DNA of 64,000 nucleotides from a virus. The notes under the pieces were generated by a model, which was not told the origin of the DNA, did no database searches, and saw only the letters and a list, made by a program, of their open reading frames with translations. Position numbers and translations under genes: made by a program. Where the stretch lies: positions 23,215 to 87,214 of the IMG/VR virus record IMGVR_UViG_3300031857_000082; one strand, 5' to 3'. Of this stretch, positions 21,520 to 32,198 are shown piece after piece; positions within the stretch are counted from its first letter, which is position 1; each line of letters begins with the position of its first letter.

Positions 21520-23460
21520 CTACTTGCTAATATCTACTATTTCGCATACCCCTGCTACACAAGACAATTCTTGGCTTCCAGTTGTGCCATCTTCTTTTTC
21601 GTACATAGAAAGCATTTCCCATTGAATATTTGAAGGAGATTTTTTTACCCATTCTTCATACTCATCTTTATAAATTTCTTGATATGGGGCTTGCTTATAA
21701 GTATGTTCACTCGCTGGTAAGAAAGATACACCACCAATTGAATCAAAGTTATCAAAAACCCATGCACCTACTCTTAGCCATTCATCTTCATGAACGTTGA
21801 TCGTAACACTAGGGTTATGTTCTGTCCAATAAGTTCTATAAATCTTCCACATCTCTAGATGATCTATGGCTGTTAAATCTTTTGTTATTGTTGCATTTTT
21901 TGGAGCCTTTTGAGGAAAATAAAATACTGTTGTTTCATCAGGCTTCATTACATCTGGTTCGTTTGGAACTCCTGAATCTTTTAAAAATTGTGTTAATGGA
22001 TCATTGTTTGAACCACGAACACTTCTAATATAATATTCTGAATACCACGGATGAATTCCGCTAGACACCCCGACCAGTTGACTTACAGTGCCAGAAGGCT
22101 TAACACAAGTAATTGATACAGAAGGATTGATGTTTAATTTCTTTGCTTCGTGATCATTAACCCTAACTGACTCTAATCTCATATCAGTCAACAACTGCTC
22201 TAATGCTTTTCCTGCTGTTGAAGTAATCTTATTGCCATAGATTCCCGTTAAAGAAACTCCTAGCAATCTTTCTTCTTCACAATTATCTTTCCATGTTTTG
22301 CGAAGATATTTAAAATTGGTCAAGGTTGACTGCCATGTTCCTAGGATAGTGGCTAGTTTAACTTTTTCCATTAAATCTTCTCTAGTGTCTTCTGCAGAAA
22401 TAACTACTTCTGTTAAATTGCAAAATTCATTTGGGCGAAGAATAATTTCTCCACATGGATTTGTTCCTGCAATTAACGAGGCATCTCTTCTTCCAAAAGA
22501 CTCTACGTGTTTACGTACTGAGTCAATATTGTAAATTCCTCTTTCTCCAGATTTTGATTCGTAAAGATTTCTCCATTCACGTAGGAACTGTGCTGTGTTT
22601 GGCTTAGTGTTATAAACTGCTGAATTGTTTGCCAAAGATCTTTGTGCTTGAGTTTCCCACCAAGATCCACTTTTTGCTTTTGCCATTTCAAAATCATCAA
22701 GATTAGAAAGGCTGATTAAAGCACTACGGCGAACTCCTCCAACTACAACCACTTCTCCAACCTTACACATTAGATCATGTGCTTCAATTGGTTTTAATCT
22801 ACGACCTGCAGCATTTTTAAAAGTATCTGTTGTAAATGTAAATAATGCACTTAGTGGCCCTGGTCCAGAAGCACGACCACCAAAAGTTTTTAGTCTTGCT
22901 CCTGCAGGACGAACTTTTGACATATCCCATTGTGGTATTTGACCTTGTGATAATAATGCAATTAATTCTTTAAATGCTTTTGCCCATCCAAGTTTAGAAT
23001 CTTCTACAACAATGGTAGTTGCTGTTTGATTAAATGATTCTGCAATTATAGGAAGTTCATCTACATATTTTGCTTCTACTGAAAACCCTACCCCAGTTCC
23101 GTTCATCAATACATACATTGCTTCATCAAATGCACGTAGACTGTCTACTGCAATAAAAGAACAGTTGTATGCTGCAATATGATCACGTTCTAATGCTGGA
23201 CCTGCAGTCATCAATGCTCTCATTGAAGGCATAATTCTATGACTTAAAATTGCTTCTTTAACTTCGTCAAAAATTTTAGCATTTGGGCTATAGCCATAAT
23301 TTAATACTAGATGATCTTTCATAAAGTTAATATAACGATCGACTGTTTCTACCCAAGTTTCTCTTCTATTTTTTTCTTCTATCCACCTTGCATATCTTGA
23401 GATATGTATAAAGTTTTTGTATGGGTCTGTTATAGATCCGTTTTCATTAATAAATGACAT
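21520..23460 (-). CDS. nrdJ: Adenosylcobalamin-dependent (class II) ribonucleotide reductase
   Basis: MPSMR, YNC, TNPCGEI, TCVKPSGT and C-terminal CVAGVC; no beta-subunit gene nearby. Confidence 0.9.
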   Translation of the reverse strand: MSFINENGSITDPYKNFIHISRYARWIEEKNRRETWVETVDRYINFMKDHLVLNYGYSPNAKIFDEVKEAILSHRIMPSMRALMTAGPALERDHIAAYNCSFIAVDSLRAFDEAMYVLMNGTGVGFSVEAKYVDELPIIAESFNQTATTIVVEDSKLGWAKAFKELIALLSQGQIPQWDMSKVRPAGARLKTFGGRASGPGPLSALFTFTTDTFKNAAGRRLKPIEAHDLMCKVGEVVVVGGVRRSALISLSNLDDFEMAKAKSGSWWETQAQRSLANNSAVYNTKPNTAQFLREWRNLYESKSGERGIYNIDSVRKHVESFGRRDASLIAGTNPCGEIILRPNEFCNLTEVVISAEDTREDLMEKVKLATILGTWQSTLTNFKYLRKTWKDNCEEERLLGVSLTGIYGNKITSTAGKALEQLLTDMRLESVRVNDHEAKKLNINPSVSITCVKPSGTVSQLVGVSSGIHPWYSEYYIRSVRGSNNDPLTQFLKDSGVPNEPDVMKPDETTVFYFPQKAPKNATITKDLTAIDHLEMWKIYRTYWTEHNPSVTINVHEDEWLRVGAWVFDNFDSIGGVSFLPASEHTYKQAPYQEIYKDEYEEWVKKSPSNIQWEMLSMYEKEDGTTGSQELSCVAGVCEIVDISK

Positions 23461-23534
23461 AATTCTTCCAACTCCTGATTTTTTGATTTATGAGATAATA
23501 GTATTCTACACTAGTTTATGAGAGAGGTCAATAT

Positions 23535-23762
23535 ATGTTATCAGTCCAGGAAGTAACCTTTTATAACAATTTAGTTGAAAAGGGTAATGCAGGAAAAATA
23601 AACTGTCCTTTTGATACTAATGATGTTGTTGTTACTAAAGTTAATGATAAAGATGAAGTATATTTTAAATGCCTTGGCTGCGATACAATATTTTATCCAG
23701 GTTTAAAAATAGAGCAAATAATTAAAAATACAATAAATACTTTTGCTGCTAATAAAAAATAA
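23535..23762 (+). CDS. Small Cys-containing hypothetical protein
   Basis: 75 aa with CP and CLGC; GAGG RBS. Confidence 0.6.
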   Translation: MLSVQEVTFYNNLVEKGNAGKINCPFDTNDVVVTKVNDKDEVYFKCLGCDTIFYPGLKIEQIIKNTINTFAANKK

Positions 23763-23814
23763 AATAGTATCACAAATGCACAAATTTGTCAATTATAACA
23801 ATTTTTATAAATAG

Positions 23815-23843
23815 TTGATTTTCTGGAATAAAAGGGTTATACT
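23815..23843 (+). promoter_or_regulatory. Sigma70-type promoter
   Basis: TTGATT-N17-TATACT. Confidence 0.55.
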
Positions 23844-23883
23844 AGTAGGGTATCTAAAAATGGCTTCTTCAAGGAGGTAACTT

Positions 23884-24393
23884 ATGAAGAAAGTATTATT
23901 AGCATTATTGGCATTTATTATTGTAGGAACGTATATTAATCGACTGGATAGATCGTATATTCAATACCCCGCAGAACCGTTAGTGGTCGTCCCAGAGGGA
24001 CAGACCACTTCAAGTGTTTTAGGGGCTGTAAAGGCCGCTAGAGAGGCTTCTAGCACCATTGCAGCACGCTCTAGGGCTAGGTTTGAAGATCCTAAATCAG
24101 ACAAGGCTATTTCTGCCTATCAAGAGTATTTAAAAGACATAGTTCCAGATCAAGAAGAATCTTGTTATTTTAAAATTGTTGATAGAGAAAGTGATTGGAA
24201 TCCTCTTGCTCAAAATCCAAAATCTACAGCATTTGGAATAGGTCAATTCTTAAATAGCACTTGGGGATTAGTAGACTATAAAAAGACTAAAAACCCATAT
24301 GATCAAATTGATGCAATGGTTCTATATGTTAAATTAATTTACGGTGATGGATGTAATGCTTGGCATTTTAAAAGCCAGCACGGTTGGTATTAA
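23884..24393 (+). CDS. Secreted/membrane-anchored lytic transglycosylase (SLT/Rpf-like)
   Basis: N-terminal hydrophobic segment; RESDWNPLAQNPKSTAFGIGQFL...AW..GWY lysozyme-like motif. Confidence 0.8.
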   Translation: MKKVLLALLAFIIVGTYINRLDRSYIQYPAEPLVVVPEGQTTSSVLGAVKAAREASSTIAARSRARFEDPKSDKAISAYQEYLKDIVPDQEESCYFKIVDRESDWNPLAQNPKSTAFGIGQFLNSTWGLVDYKKTKNPYDQIDAMVLYVKLIYGDGCNAWHFKSQHGWY

Positions 24394-25481
24394 AGTTCTC
24401 TAATTTCTTTATAAACCTTATCCCATTCAGGACCACGTTTTTCCATGGTATGGAACTCTCTAACTATTTCCATATTACGTTGTCTTTCTTTATTCCTTAC
24501 CTTTTGATTTGATAGTTCTTCTAAATGAGATATCCATTCATCTTCAGTATGGGCTATTCTTCCTACCCCAAATTCTTCATTAAGATATGTATATTCTTCA
24601 AAGTCTGTAGAGATCCATGGAACTCCTGCTGCTGTGTACTCAAGACCTTTAATAAATGATTTTGCTCTATTAAATTCAACATGGTTTAGTGGAACAATTC
24701 CTATGTCTATTTTATTAAACATCTTTGTATAACTTAATATTGGCTGCATACCTTCTGATGAATATAGTTTATGTGGTATTCCTAATTGCTCTTCTACTGT
24801 AGGAGCATTTATAATATGTCCTGAATGATGAAATCTCCAACTTTTCTTTTCTAAGAATTGTCCTAAGAATGGATTTAATGTTTGAAGATCATTAGAACGC
24901 CAAGGTGTTGCTCCAACCCAGCCAACGGTAGGGTATAAGCCAGATAGATCTTTTCTAAAATTAAAGTATTGATTGTCTATTCCATTACGAACCATAAATA
25001 TTGGTTTGTTAGGATATTCTTTTTTGTAGTAATTATATAAAAATGGGGTAGAGGTAACTAAAGCATCTGCTAAATCCATACCTTTGAAATAGTGATCTCT
25101 ATTGTTTTTAGGATTAGTCTTAGGATCTGTTGCTACATAAGCCATATTAGATGGCTCTAGTCCAGCGTGATGATCGTCTATATCTATAACTATTTTTTGA
25201 CCTATAGATTGTGCTTGAGGTATTTGTTCAACTATACTTTCAAGCATCATTAATTTTAATACAACAATGTCCCAGCCGTGTATTGCTTTTTTGTCTGGTA
25301 TTAATAAACCATATCCATGCTTTGGGTCAAACCCAGGAAATCCCATTCCTGTTTCCCAACCAAGTTTTTTTAATTCTGTCATTGGCAAGTAGCAACGATA
25401 CCAAGCACATCCATTTGGTTGTAGAGGATTGGTTCCAAAAGCCCAGTCATAAGTTAAAAATGCTATTGTTGGCTTTGCCAT
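24390..25481 (-). CDS. Glycosyltransferase (GT-B, GT4-like)
   Basis: DIDD, VGWVG, DIGIVPL...FNRAKSFIKGLEY.AAGVP motifs. Confidence 0.85.
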   Translation of the reverse strand: MAKPTIAFLTYDWAFGTNPLQPNGCAWYRCYLPMTELKKLGWETGMGFPGFDPKHGYGLLIPDKKAIHGWDIVVLKLMMLESIVEQIPQAQSIGQKIVIDIDDHHAGLEPSNMAYVATDPKTNPKNNRDHYFKGMDLADALVTSTPFLYNYYKKEYPNKPIFMVRNGIDNQYFNFRKDLSGLYPTVGWVGATPWRSNDLQTLNPFLGQFLEKKSWRFHHSGHIINAPTVEEQLGIPHKLYSSEGMQPILSYTKMFNKIDIGIVPLNHVEFNRAKSFIKGLEYTAAGVPWISTDFEEYTYLNEEFGVGRIAHTEDEWISHLEELSNQKVRNKERQRNMEIVREFHTMEKRGPEWDKVYKEIREL

Positions 25482-25500
25482 TATATTCTTTCTCTGAGAA

Positions 25501-25529
25501 GAAGGGGTAGGATTTTGTCCCACCCCTTC
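25501..25529. terminator. Hairpin/terminator
   Basis: GAAGGGGT...ACCCCTTC inverted repeat. Confidence 0.5.
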
Positions 25530-25546
25530 GTATATCTAATTTATAA

Positions 25547-25789
25547 CTATTTCTTTTTAGAAGCAGTTTTTGCTGCTACTGCGTTAATTCCAAACTTTGT
25601 ATCTTTTGGATTAACAGCACGAATGACTACCCATGCTGCTGCTGATAATGCTGAGTTTAGGATTGTACCTAAAGCATCTCCACTTAAAGCAGAAAAATCT
25701 GCTCCAGAAGCAGTGAATTGTGTAATTAATGCAATTACAAAAGCATTTACTGCTGACTCTAGCACTTTCTTGTTTAGTAATGATTCCAT
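25547..25789 (-). CDS. Holin-like membrane protein
   Basis: 80 aa, two hydrophobic segments, RAVNPKD..FG motif, basic C-terminus. Confidence 0.6.
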   Translation of the reverse strand: MESLLNKKVLESAVNAFVIALITQFTASGADFSALSGDALGTILNSALSAAAWVVIRAVNPKDTKFGINAVAAKTASKKK

Positions 25790-25848
25790 TATTTGTCCTC
25801 CTTTAAGAACATTAGATAATTGTACCTTACATAGTTAACCATTGTCAA

Positions 25849-26004
25849 CTACCACTTGCCTATAGGGCAAGAAGCCTCTGGTATGCCAACCTTTAAAGGC
25901 ATAATACATGCACATAAATCACATTGTTTTGTTGTTTTAAAAAGATGTTCGCATGACTTACAAATGTCATATCTTTCTTTTGGATCAACAATCTTATTGT
26001 CCAT
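25849..26004 (-). CDS. Small Cys-rich protein
   Basis: ERYDICKSC...CDLCAC...CPIGKW. Confidence 0.65.
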   Translation of the reverse strand: MDNKIVDPKERYDICKSCEHLFKTTKQCDLCACIMPLKVGIPEASCPIGKW

Positions 26005-26302
26005 TGTTATCTGCTTCTTTAAATCTTGGCAAAGCATTAAATTCAAACTCTTTAATAGTGTTTATTGAATTAATGTATATTTGAAGTAGCCCTTGACCAG
26101 GGGTAGCGGGATCAAATAAAGCCTTAGATTCTAATTCTGCATATTCTTTAATTTTTTCTGATATGAATGTCTTTATCTTACTAACAATATCTTGATCTTC
26201 ATAATATAACTCCATTAGATGACCATATTGAAACAAGAATATAACTTCATCTTCATCTGTTAATATAACAGGTCCTTGTTGAGATGGTAGTATTTTATAC
26301 AT
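25994..26302 (-). CDS. Hypothetical protein
   Basis: 102-aa ORF with RBS. Confidence 0.6.
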   Translation of the reverse strand: MYKILPSQQGPVILTDEDEVIFLFQYGHLMELYYEDQDIVSKIKTFISEKIKEYAELESKALFDPATPGQGLLQIYINSINTIKEFEFNALPRFKEADNNGQ

Positions 26303-26323
26303 TAGTGCCTTTCTTTTGTATTA

Positions 26324-27517
26324 TTATACCGCTGATAGGGTAAAGTTGTCAAGAGAGGTGGCCTGGCTTACATTTGAGTCGCCTCTAGGTCCAAGCATAA
26401 GTCCGTGCCTAGTTCCTCTATTTGGATTAGTTGCTACATAATTTTGTACCCATGAACTTCCAGTATTATCATCATTGGCATACGCTCGTAGTGTAACGGT
26501 GTTTCCAGATGTGCTTACTGAAATATTTGCGGGTATCCAGGTATTATCATTTACAGTATATGTATTAATTGTAGCAACACTATTATTAACTGAATTTATT
26601 AATTTTATTTTTTGTGAATATGAATATGATGTTCCAGTAGTAGCGGAGTTGCTTAATAAACAAGTTGTTCCACTTAGTGTTCCACCATTAGGACATGAAT
26701 ATGATGTTGTTGGCGGACTTGTAACAGCAGGTATATAAGAAGTACTTGAATAACAATTTCCATATCCATCATAAGCCACTGTTCCAACATTACATGCACC
26801 AGTTCCTCCCAATTTACCTTGACTTCCGCATGGTCCAAAACTTTGATTATATGAGCCGCTTCCTCCAGCCGTTATACATACCCCAGAAGCAATATATGAT
26901 GAGGATGTACAACTGTTTAATCTAATAAAATCTCTTGGGCCTGTTCCACCATTTGAACAAGAAGTTGATCCTGGTATTGATGTAGCAGTAGCAGCGTAAT
27001 CATAAACACAAGTTGGTGTTCCTTGACCACTTTGTAAAGCCTGTCCATTAAATGTTGAGGCACATGTATAAGTTGTTGTTCCAGTTAAAATAACGTCATT
27101 GTAAGCAGCCCACCAGTTTGTTGCATCAACAATCCAAAACGCAATTCCAGCACCATATTTGCCAGATGCTTGAGAAGTTCCAGTTGGATTTATTGTTGTT
27201 CCTATTTGTACATTTTGTGTACTAAAGTCAACGTCTATCATTGGATAAGATGCAGCAGATGTGGCACTTTCAACCCTGTTAGTATTAATTGACCAAGACC
27301 CATCAGTTTGTGTCCAAGTATAATCTGTATCTGGAACATTTCCTAGGCTTGCACTATTTGCTCTATCAAAATTATCAGATATTGAAGAAGTATAAACTGT
27401 TTGCCATGTTCCATTAACTTTTGCAAATACTTGTTTTGCTGTAGTCCATGAATTAGAAGTTTTTATAAAAGGTGTTCCATTAGACCAGGAGCCATTATTT
27501 TTTGCATTTATTGGCAT
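26324..27517 (-). CDS. Fibre tip/adhesin with Cys-rich insert
   Basis: N-terminal GxW repeats, DNFDRANS lectin-like domain, central Cys-rich segment (YSCPNGGTLSGTTC). Confidence 0.55.
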   Translation of the reverse strand: MPINAKNNGSWSNGTPFIKTSNSWTTAKQVFAKVNGTWQTVYTSSISDNFDRANSASLGNVPDTDYTWTQTDGSWSINTNRVESATSAASYPMIDVDFSTQNVQIGTTINPTGTSQASGKYGAGIAFWIVDATNWWAAYNDVILTGTTTYTCASTFNGQALQSGQGTPTCVYDYAATATSIPGSTSCSNGGTGPRDFIRLNSCTSSSYIASGVCITAGGSGSYNQSFGPCGSQGKLGGTGACNVGTVAYDGYGNCYSSTSYIPAVTSPPTTSYSCPNGGTLSGTTCLLSNSATTGTSYSYSQKIKLINSVNNSVATINTYTVNDNTWIPANISVSTSGNTVTLRAYANDDNTGSSWVQNYVATNPNRGTRHGLMLGPRGDSNVSQATSLDNFTLSAV

Positions 27518-27525
27518 ATTATCTC

Positions 27526-28059
27526 CTAGTATTTAACCCAGATATCACCATTATTACCATCACCAGATGTTGGTGTAGATGTTGATACTGTTATATTTCT
27601 TACCCTCGATGTTAATGCTTGTTCTCCTTGCATTATTATACTTGTTGCTTGACCAGAAAATCTTCCAGCAAAGTCTATTAATGATATTGTTGTGGCACTT
27701 GAATTTTTAAATTCTATTAAGTTTGCACTTTGACTTGCTGCTGCTGTAATGCTAATAGGCACAACAGATGCAGAAGATGGAAGCATTACGTTGGCACCAG
27801 TTTTAGTTAAAAGATTAGCAGTGTTTGGCAAAGTTGTTAATGTTGATTCTATTGAGTCAAGTCTAGACTCATGACCTTCAAAAGCACCTACTACTCCAAG
27901 AGGTGATCCAGAAGAAGGAGTCCAATTAGATACACCAAAATGGTAGGCACGAAATGCTTCAGTAATATCAGCAGTATCGCTTAAATCTGGAACTAAGGAA
28001 TCAAACTTAGATTCAACACTTCCAGTTGAACCAGTAAGTTCTCTTAAACTCCTAGCCAT
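27526..28059 (-). CDS. Fibre connector protein
   Basis: 177 aa ending in PTSGDGNNGDIWVKY. Confidence 0.55.
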   Translation of the reverse strand: MARSLRELTGSTGSVESKFDSLVPDLSDTADITEAFRAYHFGVSNWTPSSGSPLGVVGAFEGHESRLDSIESTLTTLPNTANLLTKTGANVMLPSSASVVPISITAAASQSANLIEFKNSSATTISLIDFAGRFSGQATSIIMQGEQALTSRVRNITVSTSTPTSGDGNNGDIWVKY

Positions 28060-28069
28060 CTCTTACCTC

Positions 28070-30574
28070 CTATCCATTTGTAGTAGTTGTAGAAGCACCT
28101 GAATTATCTTGATATGCTGTTGTCGCAGCAGTACCAACAAAATTTCCGAATGCTCTCATTCCACTACATGTATTTGTTATTTGAATTCCGTATAAAGCCA
28201 CATTTGCATTTTCTTTAAATCCTCTATTTGCAATAATTGATGTATTTGTTGTTGAGTCACTTATGTATATAAATCTATGGGTATTGTTTGTAGCCTGAGA
28301 AACATCTTTTATAACATTGTTAGATAACATCAAAGCAGAACTATTTGTTCTTACATCAATACCGTCATTTCCTATATTTTCTAATCTATTTGCATTTATT
28401 GTTCCATCTACTACTGTTGTAAATGCAATTCCATCTACCCCAAAATTTTTAACATGGTTGTCATTAACTGTTACCCCATCATAATTTACAACATATATTC
28501 CCATATGTCCAGATGTAGAATTTACACCTTCAACTTGATTTCCAGTTATAATAAGGTTTTTACATTGTTGAGCACTGCTAACTCTATCAGTAGTATCAAA
28601 TCCAGCACCAATACCTGCATAACAATTTTTAATTATATTGTTTGAAATTATTGTGTCATCATGTGTAACATCAAGTCTTATTGCGTATTCTGTCATAGAG
28701 TCAAATGTATTGCCAATCATTTTTATATTTGTATGTTTTACTCCAGAGGTATAAGAATGTGATCCTATCCCTGTTGGCCATGATGTTGTGCCAGCAGTTC
28801 CTGAAGGCCCAAAATAGCAATTTTCTATTACAACATCTGTGCAAGGAGTATTGTCATAAGATCCAAACGCACCAAATACTGATGAACTTTTTGCAAGATC
28901 AATTTGAACAGCCTCTGAAAATCCTCTACTTCCAGTATCTTTAAAACCAACAAATCTACAATTTGATATTCTTACATTTTTACTAGAGTTAATTTCAATA
29001 GCATGATATCCACCAACATTTGATACTGTTAAATCTTGAATAATAATATTTGATCCATGGCCTATACTTATACCCATTGCTGGTGTTGAAGGAAATGCTG
29101 TTCCTCTACATTCCCAAATTCCACCAATTATTTTTATATCTGTTTGTCCAGCATATCCTGAATAAGATGCTCCAGCCAATCCATTTATAATCATGTTTGA
29201 ATTATGATTTCTAAACATAACTGCTTTTTGAGATAGTAATAATGTTGTTCCTGTATAAATTTCTAATCTACTTCCTAGGTTATAAGTACCAGTAGGAATA
29301 TATACAGTTCCACCTCCAGCATCTCTTGCAGCATTTAGTGCATTTTGAATTTTTGTTGCAGAGTCGCCTTCTCCAGCAGCAACGCCATAATCTCTTACTA
29401 CATCGTAAAAATTACTTGCTTTTTGATTTACTGATGCTGATGAGGCACCAAGATCTTCATAGGTAACGCCGTCATTTGTAAATTGCCACTTGTCAGATCC
29501 TTCGTTCCATAAAATAGAAACGTTATTTGAAGATCCTCTTTCAACCTCTATGCCAGCATTTTCTGTGGGTGTAGCACTAGCAGAATAATTCAAAGTAATA
29601 AAATTATCTTCTACCATTAACTCTGTAGTATTTATTTGTAAAGTATTACCTGATACATATAGTGATCCATCTATATTTAAATTTCCTATAACACTTGCTG
29701 ATCCCAATACAGAAATATTTCCTGGGGTAATAATATTATTTGGTAATCCAACTGAGGCTGTATTATTAAAAACACCTACTTCTATTTCATTATCAGTTCC
29801 TATAATTGTTAAAAGTCCATTATTTGTTAATGTTATTAATCCATTGCTGTCATTATAAGAAGCACTTATTCCATTATGAGATCCAGAAAAAGAATTTGCT
29901 ATTTCATCTTGAACTTGTTCTTGTGTATAGTTTATAATTTTTATCCATGCATTATTATGAGAATAATACATTGATCCTGTACCGCTCACATATGCCCACT
30001 TACCAGTATTAGATGAGGCTGATGGTAGTGCACCTTCGTTAGCATATGTTGTTATGCTGACGTTACTATAATCAATTCCAGTTACAGCAATGCTTAGAGC
30101 ATTTCCAGCATCGTTATAAACCACTGATGCACCTGTGTGAGTTCCTGCAGCAAATAATGCTGCAACTGTATCTTGAACTTCTTCTGTAGTTAAAACATTG
30201 TCTGATGAAAATAAAAGTCTGTTATTAGCGTCATCATAAGTTACTGTAAAGCCTGTATGATATGCATGGTTAAATAATGGCACTGCTGCGTCTTGTACTT
30301 GCTCTGTAGATATTGGAACAGTATCTCCAGCAGGACCTTGTGGCCCAGTAGAACCAGTTTGTCCTTGAGGTATTACAAAATTTAATATTGCATTTGTTAA
30401 TGATCCAGCATTATAAACAGATGCTGATGTTCCAAAAGGAACAGTTGCAACAGTTCCAACTTGAACTGTTCCTGCATTTCCTTGTGCACCAATATCAACA
30501 GATAAATCTATTACATCTGGTGGACCAAATATTGTTAAGTTATCATCATCGTAGATTACGTCTACTACAGCCAT
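28070..30574 (-). CDS. Tailspike/depolymerase with right-handed beta-helix
   Basis: Collagen repeats, EEVQD repeats, VRDYG...IQNALNAA...GGTVYIPTGTY pectate-lyase-like start, PbH1-type repeats. Confidence 0.8.
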   Translation of the reverse strand: MAVVDVIYDDDNLTIFGPPDVIDLSVDIGAQGNAGTVQVGTVATVPFGTSASVYNAGSLTNAILNFVIPQGQTGSTGPQGPAGDTVPISTEQVQDAAVPLFNHAYHTGFTVTYDDANNRLLFSSDNVLTTEEVQDTVAALFAAGTHTGASVVYNDAGNALSIAVTGIDYSNVSITTYANEGALPSASSNTGKWAYVSGTGSMYYSHNNAWIKIINYTQEQVQDEIANSFSGSHNGISASYNDSNGLITLTNNGLLTIIGTDNEIEVGVFNNTASVGLPNNIITPGNISVLGSASVIGNLNIDGSLYVSGNTLQINTTELMVEDNFITLNYSASATPTENAGIEVERGSSNNVSILWNEGSDKWQFTNDGVTYEDLGASSASVNQKASNFYDVVRDYGVAAGEGDSATKIQNALNAARDAGGGTVYIPTGTYNLGSRLEIYTGTTLLLSQKAVMFRNHNSNMIINGLAGASYSGYAGQTDIKIIGGIWECRGTAFPSTPAMGISIGHGSNIIIQDLTVSNVGGYHAIEINSSKNVRISNCRFVGFKDTGSRGFSEAVQIDLAKSSSVFGAFGSYDNTPCTDVVIENCYFGPSGTAGTTSWPTGIGSHSYTSGVKHTNIKMIGNTFDSMTEYAIRLDVTHDDTIISNNIIKNCYAGIGAGFDTTDRVSSAQQCKNLIITGNQVEGVNSTSGHMGIYVVNYDGVTVNDNHVKNFGVDGIAFTTVVDGTINANRLENIGNDGIDVRTNSSALMLSNNVIKDVSQATNNTHRFIYISDSTTNTSIIANRGFKENANVALYGIQITNTCSGMRAFGNFVGTAATTAYQDNSGASTTTTNG

Positions 30575-30936
30575 TAGACCCTACCAGTGATGTCATCTGT
30601 TACTGATAGATTTCCAGTTAGCAGAGTATAAATAGATGAGGCACCGCCACCTAGATTCTTTCTAATTTCTACGTCATAAACATATGTTCCTGATGCTGCT
30701 AGTGCACCACCAGTTGTAGGATCAATTGCTACAGCAATAGTTCCAGCGTTTGAATCAACAGTAACTGCTTTTTCTGCAATTTTTGTTCCTGTTATTCCAC
30801 GTGCTGTTGATACTGTAAATAGTCCTGAAAAGTTTGTTAAATCAAAGGCTACGCCATTTGCATTTTTTGGGCTAATTAAAAATTCGTATGAATCCCCACG
30901 GTAGTAGGTTATATTATATGTTGATGGAAATGCCAT
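30574..30936 (-). CDS. BppU-like fibre anchor protein
   Basis: YNITYYRGDS...YVYDVEI...LLTG; paralog of 54248-54595. Confidence 0.6.
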   Translation of the reverse strand: MAFPSTYNITYYRGDSYEFLISPKNANGVAFDLTNFSGLFTVSTARGITGTKIAEKAVTVDSNAGTIAVAIDPTTGGALAASGTYVYDVEIRKNLGGGASSIYTLLTGNLSVTDDITGRV

Positions 30937-30962
30937 TATTGATCACCCTTTTTATTATATCA

Positions 30963-31241
30963 CTAAGGAGTTATTTCTACCCCTGAAAAATGGAAAGCAC
31001 AAGATGTTCCAGTAAAACTTACTTGTTGATTTGCTGGGACTACTTGTTTTAAATCTAGAATTACTGTATCATTTGCTGGAATAACAGTTGAGGTAGTTAC
31101 AGAAACTCCATTTATTGATATTGAATAAGTTTGTTGAGAAGCACTAGTATTTGATATTACAATGCTATTAATAAGAATTTTGTTAGTAGGAGTAAAGTTT
31201 CCTGCAGTACTTCTATAAAATACTTGTAAATCAGTTGCCAT
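30963..31241 (-). CDS. Small adaptor protein (divergent member of the ~110-aa family)
   Basis: INSIVISNTS...IPANDTV...SGVEI pattern. Confidence 0.55.
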   Translation of the reverse strand: MATDLQVFYRSTAGNFTPTNKILINSIVISNTSASQQTYSISINGVSVTTSTVIPANDTVILDLKQVVPANQQVSFTGTSCAFHFSGVEITP

Positions 31242-31267
31242 TGTTCACCTCTATTGATTATAGCATT

Positions 31268-32137
31268 TTAGATATAATAACGAATTACACATAATCCACT
31301 ACCGCCCGATCCGCCACTGCCTGTAGGAACTCCTCCACCGCCACCACCACCAGTGTTTGCAGTTCCATTACTTCCAGATCCTCCAGCACCAGAGCCACCA
31401 CTTGTTCCACCACCACCTGCTCCACCGCCACCAATTGCTCTTCCTAATAATGTAACTCCTGCTGCACCAGTTCCTTGTGTTCCTGCTGCAATAATACTTC
31501 CTCCACCACCTGCTGTAGCATTAACATCTCCAGGTGATCCACCACCATTAAAACCTATTCCTAATTCCATTGTTCCTTGATTATTTCCTTGATAGTTTTG
31601 TGTTGGATTTGCGTCACTTCTAGAAGATCCAGACCCTCCACCACTTGCAACCTTATGTCCATATCCACCACATGGATGTCCACCTCCACCTCCACCTACT
31701 ACTACATATCCATGATTTGAAAAGTTAGCACTTCCTGTTGCTTTAAAAGATGAAGTATTTCCAGATCTACCCCAAAGTTCAGGATTGCAATCTCCACCAT
31801 ATCCATTACCACTACCACCACTTCCTATTGCTATTGTCCAACTAGAACTATATCCAACATAAACCCAACCATAAAAAATTTGTGCACCACCACCTCCACC
31901 ACCCTTTCTATTACCACTACCAGATGAACTACCACCTCCACCGCCTCCGCCAGCAACTAATAATAACTCTACAAAGTCAACACCGTTAGGTCTTGTCCAT
32001 GAATTAGATCCAGTGAATGCTTGTTCAACAAATTGTTTTCCAGCATTAGCATTACGATAGGCTACGGCATCAAAACCAGGGGTAGTAGAATAATCTTTAC
32101 CATAAATATTACTTGTAGTTGCTCTATATACAGCCAT
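31268..32137 (-). CDS. Glycine-rich fibre tip protein
   Basis: LLVAGGGGGG...GGSGLCVIRY. Confidence 0.7.
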   Translation of the reverse strand: MAVYRATTSNIYGKDYSTTPGFDAVAYRNANAGKQFVEQAFTGSNSWTRPNGVDFVELLLVAGGGGGGGSSSGSGNRKGGGGGGAQIFYGWVYVGYSSSWTIAIGSGGSGNGYGGDCNPELWGRSGNTSSFKATGSANFSNHGYVVVGGGGGGHPCGGYGHKVASGGGSGSSRSDANPTQNYQGNNQGTMELGIGFNGGGSPGDVNATAGGGGSIIAAGTQGTGAAGVTLLGRAIGGGGAGGGGTSGGSGAGGSGSNGTANTGGGGGGGVPTGSGGSGGSGLCVIRYYI

Positions 32138-32162
32138 AGTTTAATTATACTTCATTAAGAAA

Positions 32163-32194
32163 TGGGGGATATTAATTTTTATACCCCCCAATTT
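32163..32194. terminator. Hairpin/terminator
   Basis: TGGGGGATA...TACCCCCA inverted repeat. Confidence 0.5.
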
Positions 32195-32198
32195 TGAA

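Noticed and set aside
23505-23525. NrdR box upstream of nrdJ
   Set aside because: Only a partial single match
23982-24009. GC-rich hairpin inside the transglycosylase gene
   Set aside because: Single occurrence with no U tract or other support
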